A stretch of DNA of 60,220 nucleotides, filler included, from Hausera hauseri (GCA_046269625.1; 10 parts of 10 records of this genome joined end to end with filler, not necessarily neighbours in it); one strand, 5' to 3'. Numbered from the whole stretch's first letter, positions 22,302-32,351 are shown. A program made the numbers and translations. The notes: generated from the letters alone by a model not told the origin.

Positions 22302-23690
22302 TCAGCTGGGGTTGTCGATATCCAACGGGTTCGTTAGATTCCGCATGTCAATTCTAACCCAGCTCCTGTTTCGTTTGAGTCGCCTACATGCGAATCTACT
22401 TACTATTATTACTATGATTATCAATACTACAGGGGTTATGGTTCCTATGCATATTATTTCTAACCGCGAATACTTATACGCTGTTCGTGGAGGTTTAAGT
22501 GTTATCTTATGAGTAATCGTCTTGGTCCTATTACGTACAGTTATGTCATACTTTATTTTCGTTATCGCTGTCATTATCTTAGTGGAGGTTACTCTATCTG
22601 TATCGTCTAGCAATTGTAAAATTATTGTGTATTGGGTGTTCGAGTCTAGAGCTGCACATGGTGCTACCAAATCATCCGGGGTTATTATTCCTTTAGCGAC
22701 CACTATTTCTTGTTTCTTACAAGAGAATTTAATCTTGACAAAATCTAGGTCCGGTCTGACTGAGATGATTAATGCAGATGGGGCTGCTATTATAGTGACG
22801 TTCTCCCATATAGATCGTTTCGCCCGATAATAAGATGAGTAAGGCTTAACTAATATAGTCATTTCTCTTTTATCAGTCGAGGGCTGTTCAGAAGATACTA
22901 TATTCTTTTCGGGCATATCGTTGTATTCTTTAGGGTTTTTATATCGTATATACATAGTCGGTCCTTTTCTATGCATCTTATTCCTTAATTTTCCGTATTC
23001 CTTTCGTGACAAGGTGTACTTTACTTCGTATATTCTACCTCTTGTTACATTACAGCAGACCTGTTGTTGTTCTTCTGTTATCTCGCATTTCAACGATGGC
23101 TGTTCTTTTCCTGTGTCTTTTATGGATATTGTTATCCATCGGATATATTCTAATTCTATCAAGCTCCTAATTTCTAGACAACTTCGTCCACTTTTAAATC
23201 CCATTGGTCTTATCTTCACCTGTTTAAGTATTATTTCATCGAGCAATGTATTATTCATTTCTTGTCTATGCGGGACTCGCATGTATTTATGGAACTTAGT
23301 ATATAAACTATGATAAAAATCTCCTTGTTTCCTTATGAGTGTAAGATGCACTTCGTGTGTTCCTGAGGTGTGGATGGGGCATATTCTTTCGTTTATCGAT
23401 GATCGTAATATACAATCATCATTTAACTCACCAGAGTGTTTCTCATAACCGTAGATGGGGATTGTTCGTATTCTTATAATGTACTCGCCAGGCATTCGTC
23501 TTGTGGCATACCAGTGAATACATTTTTGACCTTTCATAGAGTAGGTTATTTGGTATTCTAAACTTTTTAACCATAAATCTTCGTTTATGGCTGCAGCATG
23601 TCGTATCTTCGCTTGTTCAATTTTTTGTTCTGTCATCTGTCCGGCTATTTGAGGTAATACATAAATGATGGTTAACAATAAACTCTTCAT
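22302..23690 (-). other. post-integrase domain: signal-like peptide, Cys-containing FN3-like ectodomain, TM helix, short tail
   Basis: 'MKSLLLTIIYVLPQIAG', tyrosine-corner-like 'LDSNTQYTIIL', TM 'IICIGTITPVVLIIIVIIV' followed by 'SRFACRRLKR'. Confidence 0.65.
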
Positions 23691-26600
23691 TGCCCCGTAC
23701 CTCTTATAGGTAGATTTTTCCGTTCTTACTTTTTCCTTTATGCTTAATATCCTTTCTTTTTCATTCCTTAACTCACTTTCTCGGGCTGCTGGTTTACATC
23801 TGTTGATATGGACCTTCACCGATGTATTATTTTTCTTTAAACATATATTTGGTAAACTTACTTTCTCTACTTCATACGGGCCTTTGTAAGGTCTATCCAG
23901 TTTAGAGGTTTTACCCTTTTTTATAGCTGGGGAATATAACATAACTTGATCACCTATTTTGATTTTTGGCTGTTTAGTCTTCTTATCGTAGTATTTCTTG
24001 TATTTGGATTTATACTCCTCTTGATTTCCACAAATCGTTTTGTAGGCTAATTGGAGACGTTCTTGCATTAGTTGTTTATAGTCCTCCACTTCCATTAAAT
24101 GTGAGACAGGTCTCACATTAAAGTCTAAGTCAATGGGTAATCTTGCGTCTCGTAAGTACATTAAATAAAAGGGAGTTTCCTTAGTGGCTTCATGTACTGA
24201 CGTTCGGTTTACGAATACACACGCATTGACATACTCGTCCCAGTCGTCCTGTCTGGTGTTTACTACTGTTTGCAGTTTTCCTTTTAAATCTCCAATATAT
24301 CTCTCAACTAATCCATTGTTTTCTGGGTGTCCTGGTGTGGAACGTAGCTTCAATATCTTTAAAATGTCATAAATTGACTGCATTACAGTTCCCGTTAGAT
24401 TTGAGGCCTGGTCAGTTAAAATAATTCTTGGGGCTCCGTAATTAAACACTACATTTTCCACAAATTTTTCAGCGATTGTGTCGGCCTTCATATCTGCCAT
24501 CGGTATGGCTACAACCCATTTAGTAAAGTAGTCAATAAAGACTAAGATATATCGGTTCCCATTCCGAGTTAATGGTAGTGGTCCCGTTATGTCCATTGCC
24601 GTAAATTCAAATGGTGCCGGGGGATTATCCCATACCTTTAATGGTGCTTTAAATTTGGATCCGGTGTTTTTTCGTGTGGCACATAACTTACAACTTTCAC
24701 ACCACTCTTGTACATCCTTCATCATAGTAGGCCAGAAATACTTTCGTTTTAATTTATTGAACGTCTTCCTGGGTGACTGGTGTCCACCGAGCAATCCATC
24801 ATGATATTGTGTTAACAGTACTGGTCTATTTTTCTTTGGGATTACTAACGCTGGTCCGTCTTGGTGAATATAGTATAAAAATCCATCTTTTTCCTCATAT
24901 GCCTCACCAAATCGTGCTAAGTGTCTGGCTAATTCGTTATCTTCTGGTAATACCTTATTCCTTATGAAATTTCTAATTATTTTTATTTCGAAGTCTTCCT
25001 GTTGGTTCTGTTTAATCTTTTCTACTGATCCATCCATACTCCATACTGCTGCTATTACTTCTTTCTTTACCTTTGGGTTTTCTGTCATTCTGGATAGATA
25101 GTCCGCATTGGCATTTCTCGTTCCAGGTTTATACTGGAAATTCAACGTGTACGGTTGTAGTTTCAGCGCCCATCGTAACAATCGGCTATTCGGATTTTCA
25201 TGTTGCTTCAACCACTGTAATGGTCGATGATCCGTATATATTATTAGTGGTTTATTTTCACTAATATAGGGTGAAAATATTTCTAAGGCGAATATTACAG
25301 CTAGCAGTTCCTTCTCAATCACGGCATATTTCTTTTGATGCTTGTTGAGTTTTCGTGAGGCATAGGCTACTGGGTGTTCCTTACCATCGTCACCCTTTTG
25401 TGATAGCACTGCTCCGACTCCATAATCGCTTGCGTCTGTGGCCAATATGAATGGTTTGTTCATATCTGGGTAGATTAATATTGGGGCAGTTACTAGTCTT
25501 TCCTTCAAGTATTGGAATGCTTTTTGACAATCGGTCGTCCAAACTACTGTATCTAGGTCCTCACGTAATAACTCATATAGAGGCTTTGCAATTTTACTAA
25601 AATCCTTTATAAACCTCCGATAATAATTTGCTAAACCTAAGAATCGACGTAGTTCTCTAACCGTTGTCGGTTTTGGGAAGTCTTTTATTTTTCCTAATAA
25701 TTTATCCTGTGGTTTCACACCATATCTGTCTACTCTATGGCCTAGAAAATCTACTTCTGCCTGAGCAAAGGAACATTTCTTCGAATTTATTTTCAGACCC
25801 ATGATCTCACACCTATCAAACAGGTCTTGCAGATCTTTCAAATGTTGTTGAAAATTGGGTGATGCTATTATTACATCATCAATGTATACCATGGCATGTG
25901 GGGCGTCCAATAATAGCAGTTCCGTACCTCTCTGAAATGTTGGTGGTCCATTCTTTAGCCCAAATGGCATCCTGTTAAATTCCCATAGTCCTTCTCCAAT
26001 GGAGAAGGCTGTCTTGGGTTTATCTTCCTCCTTTACTTCTACTTGCCAATAGCCTTTTTGCAAATCTATTGTTGAGAATATAGTTGATCCGTGAAGTCTA
26101 TCTAATATCTCATCAATCCTGGGCAAGGGATACGTATCCGTTTCAGTGATCTCGTTTAATGCTCGGTAGTCTATGCAAAATCTCATAGTTCCGTCCTTTT
26201 TCTTGACCATTACTACCGGGGCTGTCCAAGGGGAACAACTTGGTCGGATTATTTTGTTTTCCCTCATTTCCTTTATTATTTTTCGCGCTTCTTGTTTTTT
26301 ATCGTACGCTAATCGATATGGTCTCTTTTTGATTGGATTGTCCTGTCCTTTTTTCAATTTAATAGTATGTTGTATCACATTCATTGTACCTAAATCGTAG
26401 TCATTCTGCGCGAACCGGGCATTATTTTTTTGTAATAATTCTATTAGCGTCTTCTTTTCTTCTTGTGTTAAAATTTGACAATTATGTAACTTCTCGTGCC
26501 AATTAATATTAGTTGTTTTAATCTTCTTTAATTTTTCACTCGGTTCTCCTTTTAACTTTTCTTTCATTAATTTTTCTATTTTATCTATGTCAGACATTGT

Positions 26601-29600
26601 TGAGTTTGTTTCTTGTTTCACTATCCCTTCACTGGTTATAACTTCGCCCAGTCTTGTGTTCTTTCGTAGTCTTCTTTCTCTATTGGTCGTATTACAAATT
26701 CGTAAATGAATTTTTCCTTCTCTTACTTTGTCTACATGAGGCGCTATTAAAATTTCATATTTTTCCATCACTTGTGCAAAGGGTTCAAAGCACACCTCTG
26801 TTGATAGTATTGAACTTTCTATCTTTCCAGGCACTATTATTTCGGATCGGGGTGGTATTATGATATCTTTTGTTAACGCTACCTTTCCTCTACTTTTGTC
26901 TTCGTCAAACATTTTCAATTGGCTGGTTTTCACATCTATATACACATTTTCTAATTGGCTTAATACGTCACACCCGATTAAGATTTCGTTCGTTAAATTA
27001 TCGGCTATTCTTATCATATGTTTCACGATTTGATTGCCGATTTTAATATTTGCGTCAAGAACCATTTTTATTTCTTCTTCCGTACCAAACGCTCCTACAT
27101 TTATTAACGTAGTCTTTGGTCTCCGTAACTTCCTTTTCAATTCCTTAGGTAGTAGGCTTTTTCCCATTATCGTGGTGGTGGATCCAGTATCTAATAGAGC
27201 TATCATGGGATATCCGTTCACTTCGATTTCTATTTCTGGCCTTATAGATGACCTTTCTTCTTTGTCGTCGGTCTTATACGTAGGTTCATGTCTATATAAT
27301 CTTACGCCTTCTTCGAAGTCTTGTCGCATTTGTAATACTTGATCTGTTGGATACAATCCTGCATGCACTACGTATCTAGGAGCTGAAGGATTCGCTATAA
27401 GTTGTTCATTATATGGTTGTCCATGATACTCGTCTATAGGATCTAAATGCGGTAGATCGGTCACGAGCTTGTGTCTGTATTTCGATTTTCGTGTCTTTAA
27501 CATTATTTGTCTAATATTAGGTATTCTTTTATGTTCTGTCTTTGTCCTTCCTTGATCATAGTGGGTGTCATCATTATCAGGTATGCTATACACAGATTCT
27601 TTATTATCTCTCTTCTGTAATACTTTCTTCTTCCATCGTGCATCGTGATTCGCTAAGAAGCAACTTGCTACAGCTGGTATCACTGCTATCAGTATTTTCC
27701 ATGAACACCCTACTGCTGCGTGTATTCCATATGCTTTACCGAGGGCCGTAAATATTGTTCGTAGCGCGCTAATAATGAAATATATGGCCAGAAAACCCGA
27801 CGCTGCTTGTCCAAAATATAAGAACTTTCCCCACATCTTCTCCATGACATTTCTTGTTACTTTCTTCAAATAATCTTTACCCATAAGGTTTTCCCATTGT
27901 GGTGATCCTTCGCCGTCCCACATGACTCTCCGAGTCAGTTCGGTTATTACTCGTTGTCTTTGTTGTGGGAATAGTAACATTCGTCGGTAATCCTCTAAGT
28001 TTTGTTGGGTATATATTCCTCCTTGTGATATTTCTGTCAATGGCTCGAATTTCTGGTTTCTTTGGAGGTTAATCAAACTCAGTGTCTCTGGTTTAGACAC
28101 TGGTTCTCTTTTCGGCATCCTTATCCATTTGTCATTATCGATTTTAAACATTGGTGACATACTAAAAGTGCAGTTATATAAGGGAGTGGGCTTTACATGT
28201 GCATCAAGGAGTATCCTCGTTACTGGCATGACATATCGCGTTTCTGACTGGTAGACAACAGGTAATTCCATTATACATTCTTCCGTAGGTCTGATTGATA
28301 CTTCCACTTTCTTACATTCTATAGTTATTAAGACCTCGCCCATCACTCGTCCGATAACTCCGTCGCCAAAAGGTAATACTGGCGCTACCATGTCCGGATT
28401 CGTTATCACCAACGCCATTTTATTACGCATTATTTCGTAATTTAACTTGCATTCATTCATTATTATTTCTCGGTATAAACCTCTGATCTCTTTCCTTACG
28501 TAGTTGATCAGGAAATCTATTTTATTGTCAAAATATTGAGTCAGCTTTATGTCTTTCTTATCTACTTTAGTCTTCGCTCCTATTATTTCCTTTCTTGATA
28601 GGTAGATGCCCTTATAATTAGTCTTTGACATTTCTTCATTACATTTAGTTATCACACCCGTAATTTTAAATCGCATCATTTCTTCTGGATTCTCTGAATA
28701 GACAATTGTAGCTACTTCATTCATCTTAACTTCCTTTGTTCCCTCTTTATACGTTGCCGTCTCTTTTTCTGCTGTCTTCCCTACCGTCTTATTAAACTTT
28801 CCTTCTTTCAACAATGTCAACTGACATTTGCTTGCGGTTGTTTCCCAAGTCATTTTTGACTCTCCCGTATCGCATTCACCATTATCGTATTCACATTCGT
28901 TCATCGTTGTCATCAATTTTGTTTGAGAATCGAATAATCCTTCGTATTCTTTTAACTGTACCTGATAATCTTCTATGGCCACTGTTCTAGGTGCGATAGT
29001 GCCTCCAACGTCATAATCCACTCCTCTACAGGTTCCCTCCATTGTCTTATCTATCCGTCCGGCTCTAAAAACCCTCGTGTATTTTACTCTGTTTCTTACT
29101 GCCGGTATATGTGCATTCTGTATGGTTATAATGCCAATCTTAAAGGCATCCTGGCATTCTGCTCGGGATATTATTATCGGCTCGAAGGGTGTTGTAGGTT
29201 CAATTATGGCTGAATTTCCTGAGTAATATGCACAATTAAATAAGAAGAATGATTTCTTTACATAGCATTCTCTAATCTTTGTTTTTATAAATTCGGACTC
29301 TTGATATACCCAGTACGCAAGGCCGCTGGTGGTTGTCAGTTGTTCTGGGTCGGCTTCTGGACATTTTTCTAAATCAACCAACGAATACTTTTGTCCTTCT
29401 CTGGGTTTGGAACAGTCATATGCTATAATTCCTACGGCTTTTGGCAACAACAATGAGGTGATTAACAGAATTTGTATGATTTCCATTATTGACATGCCCG
29501 TTATACCTGTCCGAGGCATCGTTGCTTGTGTCCCCGTTGATCTATCTCTTCCTCGTTCTTCCGTCCTGGTTATGTTCGTCATCAGACTATTGAGCCATCC

Positions 29601-32045
29601 ACCTCTGCATTGAGCCCAATTTCCTAAAGTATCCTTTAAAATCTTCACGACTGTTTTTATATTCCGTTCTATTTCTTCCAGGTTTTGTGTCTGATGATTG
29701 ATTACTATTATTTTATATAGTAAATAAGATATAGCCGTTTGGACCTTTTCCCGCGTAATGCCTGTGGCGAACATCTTTTCCAAAATATCTAATTCGTGCA
29801 GCTCGTTTATCCTTTCCTCTTCTAAATTTTCGTAAAATTGTCTGCTTATTCTCAACACATTATTACGTAGTGTATTAAATACTTCTTCCGGAATCGTTGC
29901 CTGGGTATCAAAAGAGGCAAATGATGTGTGCATCCTTGCCAGTAACGTTCTTAATAAGGAATCTATGTCTACCGATTCAGGATTACCATCTGTTCCTGCT
30001 AATAATAAACGCCTTACTATTTCTTCGTTCCTATCTTTCCTGTTGCGAATATCGCTTATTTTCGTTCCTCTTGGCCTGCCTCTTCTCTTTGCTTCATTTT
30101 GAACCGTTGTATCTCGCATATCGCACATGGGATTTTCCACCTCCCGTGGTTCCGTTCGTCTTATAATTTCTTCCACCGTTGCTTGTGCTCTCGCCTCAGG
30201 GTGTATTTCAATTATGTTTATCGGATTATAATTTTCACTTCTACACCCGATTCTCAATAATCGGTCATAACTGTACAAAGTCCTTCCATAATAACTTAGT
30301 CCATAATGGTTATCTTGATAAAATGGTTCTAGCTCTTCTATCTTATTTCGTAACGTTAATATATCGTCTATTTCGTTCAGTCGGATAATCCTTATATCTT
30401 GATTCCCTTCTTTTATTGTTATTCTAAGAGGTTCATTTCTTCCTTTCCTTTCCTCTGCAGCTTCGGCTAATACCGTCCTAGCTATTTCTTTTACCGGACT
30501 AGTATCATGGGCGAGTAGTACTAATTGCGGTAACATCTCGTTCAATTTTTCCGTCGTCATTTTACTTGTGATGGTTTTTAGTATTGTCACGGTTGTTTTA
30601 TCTACGTCGACTATATTATTAGGGTCAATGGCTAACACGGCTTCTATAATATCGTCTTCCTCGTCCAAGTCTACTCCTGGATTTCTTATTACTTGATCCA
30701 ATACGGTATCATCAAAAATGGGCGTGGCCTGTGTTTCTTCCGGACTAAATGAGGGTAAGGGAGTACTGGGACTACTCTTTTTTCTTCCCCTTTTCTTTTC
30801 TTTTACTATCTCTTCCCTCTCTGTTGACGTTTCTCTTGATTCAATTTCTTCATCAATTATTTTTTTGTTACCTTTCTTTTTTCCTTTGCGAAGGGCCTGT
30901 TTCTCCAATGGGTCACCTACCATGTAGGTATTACTTTCTTTCAACCTCTGCTGTTGTCTCTTATATTCTTTTACTTCTATTTCTAACTGTTTCTTCATGC
31001 ATGGGGATAATGAATTACTTATATAATTAATACTTTCTTTCTTCTTGTCTTTCTTTTCAATTTCTCGTTCACTGGCACTATCCTCCGTCTCGTATTCTCT
31101 ATCGGACGATTCATCTGATGTGGCGGATACATTATCTTTTTTTTGCTTATTCTTCTTTAGTTTTAAAGAGTCCTTTTGACGCGACCTGCATGATTTTGCT
31201 ATGTGTCCATACTTATTACAATTGAAACATTTTAATCTTCCTTCGGAGTCTATACTGGGTAATGATCTTCCATCTTTCTTATATTTCTTTTTGTAACTTG
31301 TTTTTTCTCCGTTATTTCGTAAATTAAATCTTACTTTCTTTTCTCCATCTGATTCAGCTTCTGTTGCTGACGTTTGTGACGGACTTCTATTCCTTTCATA
31401 TCGTTGGTACTTCTGCGTACTATTGTTTCTTCCTTTATCGTTCCCATTATTACTATTTCTGGCTTTGTTCCATCTATATAGTTCTGCATCCCTTTCAGCT
31501 TTTCGTGCTTTTCTTATTGCTTCTTGAAACGTTGGCGGGTCTGCTTGAGAGATTATCATTCGCAGTCTTTCCTCTAGTCCATATTGGAACTGGGCTAACA
31601 GGGCGTTATTCCGTATCGTAACGTCTGGGTAGGCTCTTGCTGCAAGTTTTTCCAATGCACATACAAAGTCCTGGACGGATTCATCTTTTCGTTGCCTTCG
31701 TCTTATAAATTCTTCAATTCGTCCCTTTCCAGAGGGATCTATCAAAAACTTCTGAGGCAGCTTTTCTTTTATATCCTTCCATTCTTTCTTTTCCTCTTCA
31801 GGCAGTTGGAAATAAACCATGAGAGCCGTTCCTTTCAAATGAAGGGGTAACCGTTCTACTCTCTGCTTATCGTCCCAGCCAAAACTTTTGGAATACACCT
31901 CGTATTCCATCATAAAATCTTGAATATCTTCTTTGCCAGAGAACTTTTTCATGGGGAGGGTGAAATCAGCTTTTGACTGAATCACCTGTTCTACTTTATT
32001 ACTTGTCATCGTTTCTTCTTCGCTTAGGTTGTCAAGATATTCCAA
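22302..32045 (-). CDS. 3247-aa Gag-Env(glycoprotein)-Pol-membrane protein polyprotein
   Basis: Gag with CCHC knuckle (31188-31229), signal peptide plus AYDC glycoprotein, PR 'LLDTGS' (27183-27191), RT 'YIDD' (25875-25886), RH 'TDAS/EKE/TDH/ADYLSR', IN HHCC plus D,D,E and 'GPY', C-terminal TM. Confidence 0.97.
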   Translation of the reverse strand: MEYLDNLSEEETMTSNKVEQVIQSKADFTLPMKKFSGKEDIQDFMMEYEVYSKSFGWDDKQRVERLPLHLKGTALMVYFQLPEEEKKEWKDIKEKLPQKFLIDPSGKGRIEEFIRRRQRKDESVQDFVCALEKLAARAYPDVTIRNNALLAQFQYGLEERLRMIISQADPPTFQEAIRKARKAERDAELYRWNKARNSNNGNDKGRNNSTQKYQRYERNRSPSQTSATEAESDGEKKVRFNLRNNGEKTSYKKKYKKDGRSLPSIDSEGRLKCFNCNKYGHIAKSCRSRQKDSLKLKKNKQKKDNVSATSDESSDREYETEDSASEREIEKKDKKKESINYISNSLSPCMKKQLEIEVKEYKRQQQRLKESNTYMVGDPLEKQALRKGKKKGNKKIIDEEIESRETSTEREEIVKEKKRGRKKSSPSTPLPSFSPEETQATPIFDDTVLDQVIRNPGVDLDEEDDIIEAVLAIDPNNIVDVDKTTVTILKTITSKMTTEKLNEMLPQLVLLAHDTSPVKEIARTVLAEAAEERKGRNEPLRITIKEGNQDIRIIRLNEIDDILTLRNKIEELEPFYQDNHYGLSYYGRTLYSYDRLLRIGCRSENYNPINIIEIHPEARAQATVEEIIRRTEPREVENPMCDMRDTTVQNEAKRRGRPRGTKISDIRNRKDRNEEIVRRLLLAGTDGNPESVDIDSLLRTLLARMHTSFASFDTQATIPEEVFNTLRNNVLRISRQFYENLEEERINELHELDILEKMFATGITREKVQTAISYLLYKIIVINHQTQNLEEIERNIKTVVKILKDTLGNWAQCRGGWLNSLMTNITRTEERGRDRSTGTQATMPRTGITGMSIMEIIQILLITSLLLPKAVGIIAYDCSKPREGQKYSLVDLEKCPEADPEQLTTTSGLAYWVYQESEFIKTKIRECYVKKSFFLFNCAYYSGNSAIIEPTTPFEPIIISRAECQDAFKIGIITIQNAHIPAVRNRVKYTRVFRAGRIDKTMEGTCRGVDYDVGGTIAPRTVAIEDYQVQLKEYEGLFDSQTKLMTTMNECEYDNGECDTGESKMTWETTASKCQLTLLKEGKFNKTVGKTAEKETATYKEGTKEVKMNEVATIVYSENPEEMMRFKITGVITKCNEEMSKTNYKGIYLSRKEIIGAKTKVDKKDIKLTQYFDNKIDFLINYVRKEIRGLYREIIMNECKLNYEIMRNKMALVITNPDMVAPVLPFGDGVIGRVMGEVLITIECKKVEVSIRPTEECIMELPVVYQSETRYVMPVTRILLDAHVKPTPLYNCTFSMSPMFKIDNDKWIRMPKREPVSKPETLSLINLQRNQKFEPLTEISQGGIYTQQNLEDYRRMLLFPQQRQRVITELTRRVMWDGEGSPQWENLMGKDYLKKVTRNVMEKMWGKFLYFGQAASGFLAIYFIISALRTIFTALGKAYGIHAAVGCSWKILIAVIPAVASCFLANHDARWKKKVLQKRDNKESVYSIPDNDDTHYDQGRTKTEHKRIPNIRQIMLKTRKSKYRHKLVTDLPHLDPIDEYHGQPYNEQLIANPSAPRYVVHAGLYPTDQVLQMRQDFEEGVRLYRHEPTYKTDDKEERSSIRPEIEIEVNGYPMIALLDTGSTTTIMGKSLLPKELKRKLRRPKTTLINVGAFGTEEEIKMVLDANIKIGNQIVKHMIRIADNLTNEILIGCDVLSQLENVYIDVKTSQLKMFDEDKSRGKVALTKDIIIPPRSEIIVPGKIESSILSTEVCFEPFAQVMEKYEILIAPHVDKVREGKIHLRICNTTNRERRLRKNTRLGEVITSEGIVKQETNSTMSDIDKIEKLMKEKLKGEPSEKLKKIKTTNINWHEKLHNCQILTQEEKKTLIELLQKNNARFAQNDYDLGTMNVIQHTIKLKKGQDNPIKKRPYRLAYDKKQEARKIIKEMRENKIIRPSCSPWTAPVVMVKKKDGTMRFCIDYRALNEITETDTYPLPRIDEILDRLHGSTIFSTIDLQKGYWQVEVKEEDKPKTAFSIGEGLWEFNRMPFGLKNGPPTFQRGTELLLLDAPHAMVYIDDVIIASPNFQQHLKDLQDLFDRCEIMGLKINSKKCSFAQAEVDFLGHRVDRYGVKPQDKLLGKIKDFPKPTTVRELRRFLGLANYYRRFIKDFSKIAKPLYELLREDLDTVVWTTDCQKAFQYLKERLVTAPILIYPDMNKPFILATDASDYGVGAVLSQKGDDGKEHPVAYASRKLNKHQKKYAVIEKELLAVIFALEIFSPYISENKPLIIYTDHRPLQWLKQHENPNSRLLRWALKLQPYTLNFQYKPGTRNANADYLSRMTENPKVKKEVIAAVWSMDGSVEKIKQNQQEDFEIKIIRNFIRNKVLPEDNELARHLARFGEAYEEKDGFLYYIHQDGPALVIPKKNRPVLLTQYHDGLLGGHQSPRKTFNKLKRKYFWPTMMKDVQEWCESCKLCATRKNTGSKFKAPLKVWDNPPAPFEFTAMDITGPLPLTRNGNRYILVFIDYFTKWVVAIPMADMKADTIAEKFVENVVFNYGAPRIILTDQASNLTGTVMQSIYDILKILKLRSTPGHPENNGLVERYIGDLKGKLQTVVNTRQDDWDEYVNACVFVNRTSVHEATKETPFYLMYLRDARLPIDLDFNVRPVSHLMEVEDYKQLMQERLQLAYKTICGNQEEYKSKYKKYYDKKTKQPKIKIGDQVMLYSPAIKKGKTSKLDRPYKGPYEVEKVSLPNICLKKNNTSVKVHINRCKPAARESELRNEKERILSIKEKVRTEKSTYKRYGAMKSLLLTIIYVLPQIAGQMTEQKIEQAKIRHAAAINEDLWLKSLEYQITYSMKGQKCIHWYATRRMPGEYIIRIRTIPIYGYEKHSGELNDDCILRSSINERICPIHTSGTHEVHLTLIRKQGDFYHSLYTKFHKYMRVPHRQEMNNTLLDEIILKQVKIRPMGFKSGRSCLEIRSLIELEYIRWITISIKDTGKEQPSLKCEITEEQQQVCCNVTRGRIYEVKYTLSRKEYGKLRNKMHRKGPTMYIRYKNPKEYNDMPEKNIVSSEQPSTDKREMTILVKPYSSYYRAKRSIWENVTIIAAPSALIISVRPDLDFVKIKFSCKKQEIVVAKGIITPDDLVAPCAALDSNTQYTIILQLLDDTDRVTSTKIMTAITKIKYDITVRNRTKTITHKITLKPPRTAYKYSRLEIICIGTITPVVLIIIVIIVSRFACRRLKRNRSWVRIDMRNLTNPLDIDNPS
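23790..27250 (-). other. pol: Pol region: protease, dUTPase-fold-like spacer, RT, RNase H, integrase
   Basis: All catalytic motifs are present, in Ty3/Gypsy order. Confidence 0.97.
27650..29495 (-). other. env: chuvirus-like (class III) envelope glycoprotein domain
   Basis: Internal signal 'MEIIQILLITSLLLPKAVG', mature start 'IIAYDC..YSLVDLEKC', Cys-rich ~550-aa ectodomain with 'GEVL..C..VEV..C..ELPV', 'PVTRIL', and a C-terminal 'WGKF..FG..SGFLAIYFII..AYGIH..VGCSWKIL' matching my recollection of chuvirus-type G. Confidence 0.8.
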
Positions 32046-32140
32046 TCCAAAAGGTATATTTTCTTCTTTTTGGTATATTGTCCCTTTTCTGGTAGTTATT
32101 TTGTTTCTGTTTATCTATAGGTCCTAACAAATTTATAGTG

Positions 32141-32159
32141 TTCCCGGGTCACGGCACCA
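32141..32159 (-). promoter_or_regulatory. primer binding site, tRNA-His
   Basis: Minus-strand TGGTGCCGTGACCCGGGAA is complementary to the tRNA-His 3' end (...GUCACGGCACCA), 3 nt after ...AACA. Confidence 0.9.
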
Positions 32160-32162
32160 GTT

Positions 32163-32351
32163 TGTTCAATTTTTCCTTTGTGATAAATTATTATAATGAA
32201 AATAAAGATATAATATTTTTTTATCTCTTTGAACAATTTAAGCGTGGAGGTTGGGAGAGCAACTATGAGGTGTATCTTACCTAAACAAGTACGTAATGTG
32301 TTTCAAGGAACGTGAATGACGTTAGACAATTCGTTATTTACTTAAGGATTA
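32163..32351 (-). repeat. 5' LTR, partial (U5 end)
   Basis: Ends in AACA just before the PBS. Cut by the linker. Confidence 0.8.

Larger units (their letters stand above)
20752..32351 (-). mobile_element. large Ty3/Gypsy-type LTR retroelement with gag-env-pol order (both ends cut by contig boundaries)
   Basis: LTR end, PBS, and a single intact polyprotein with PR-RT-RH-IN order. Confidence 0.95.

Noticed and set aside
22312-31621. Many plus-strand ORFs antisense to the polyprotein
   Set aside because: These are shadow ORFs of a long A-rich coding strand, with no motifs.
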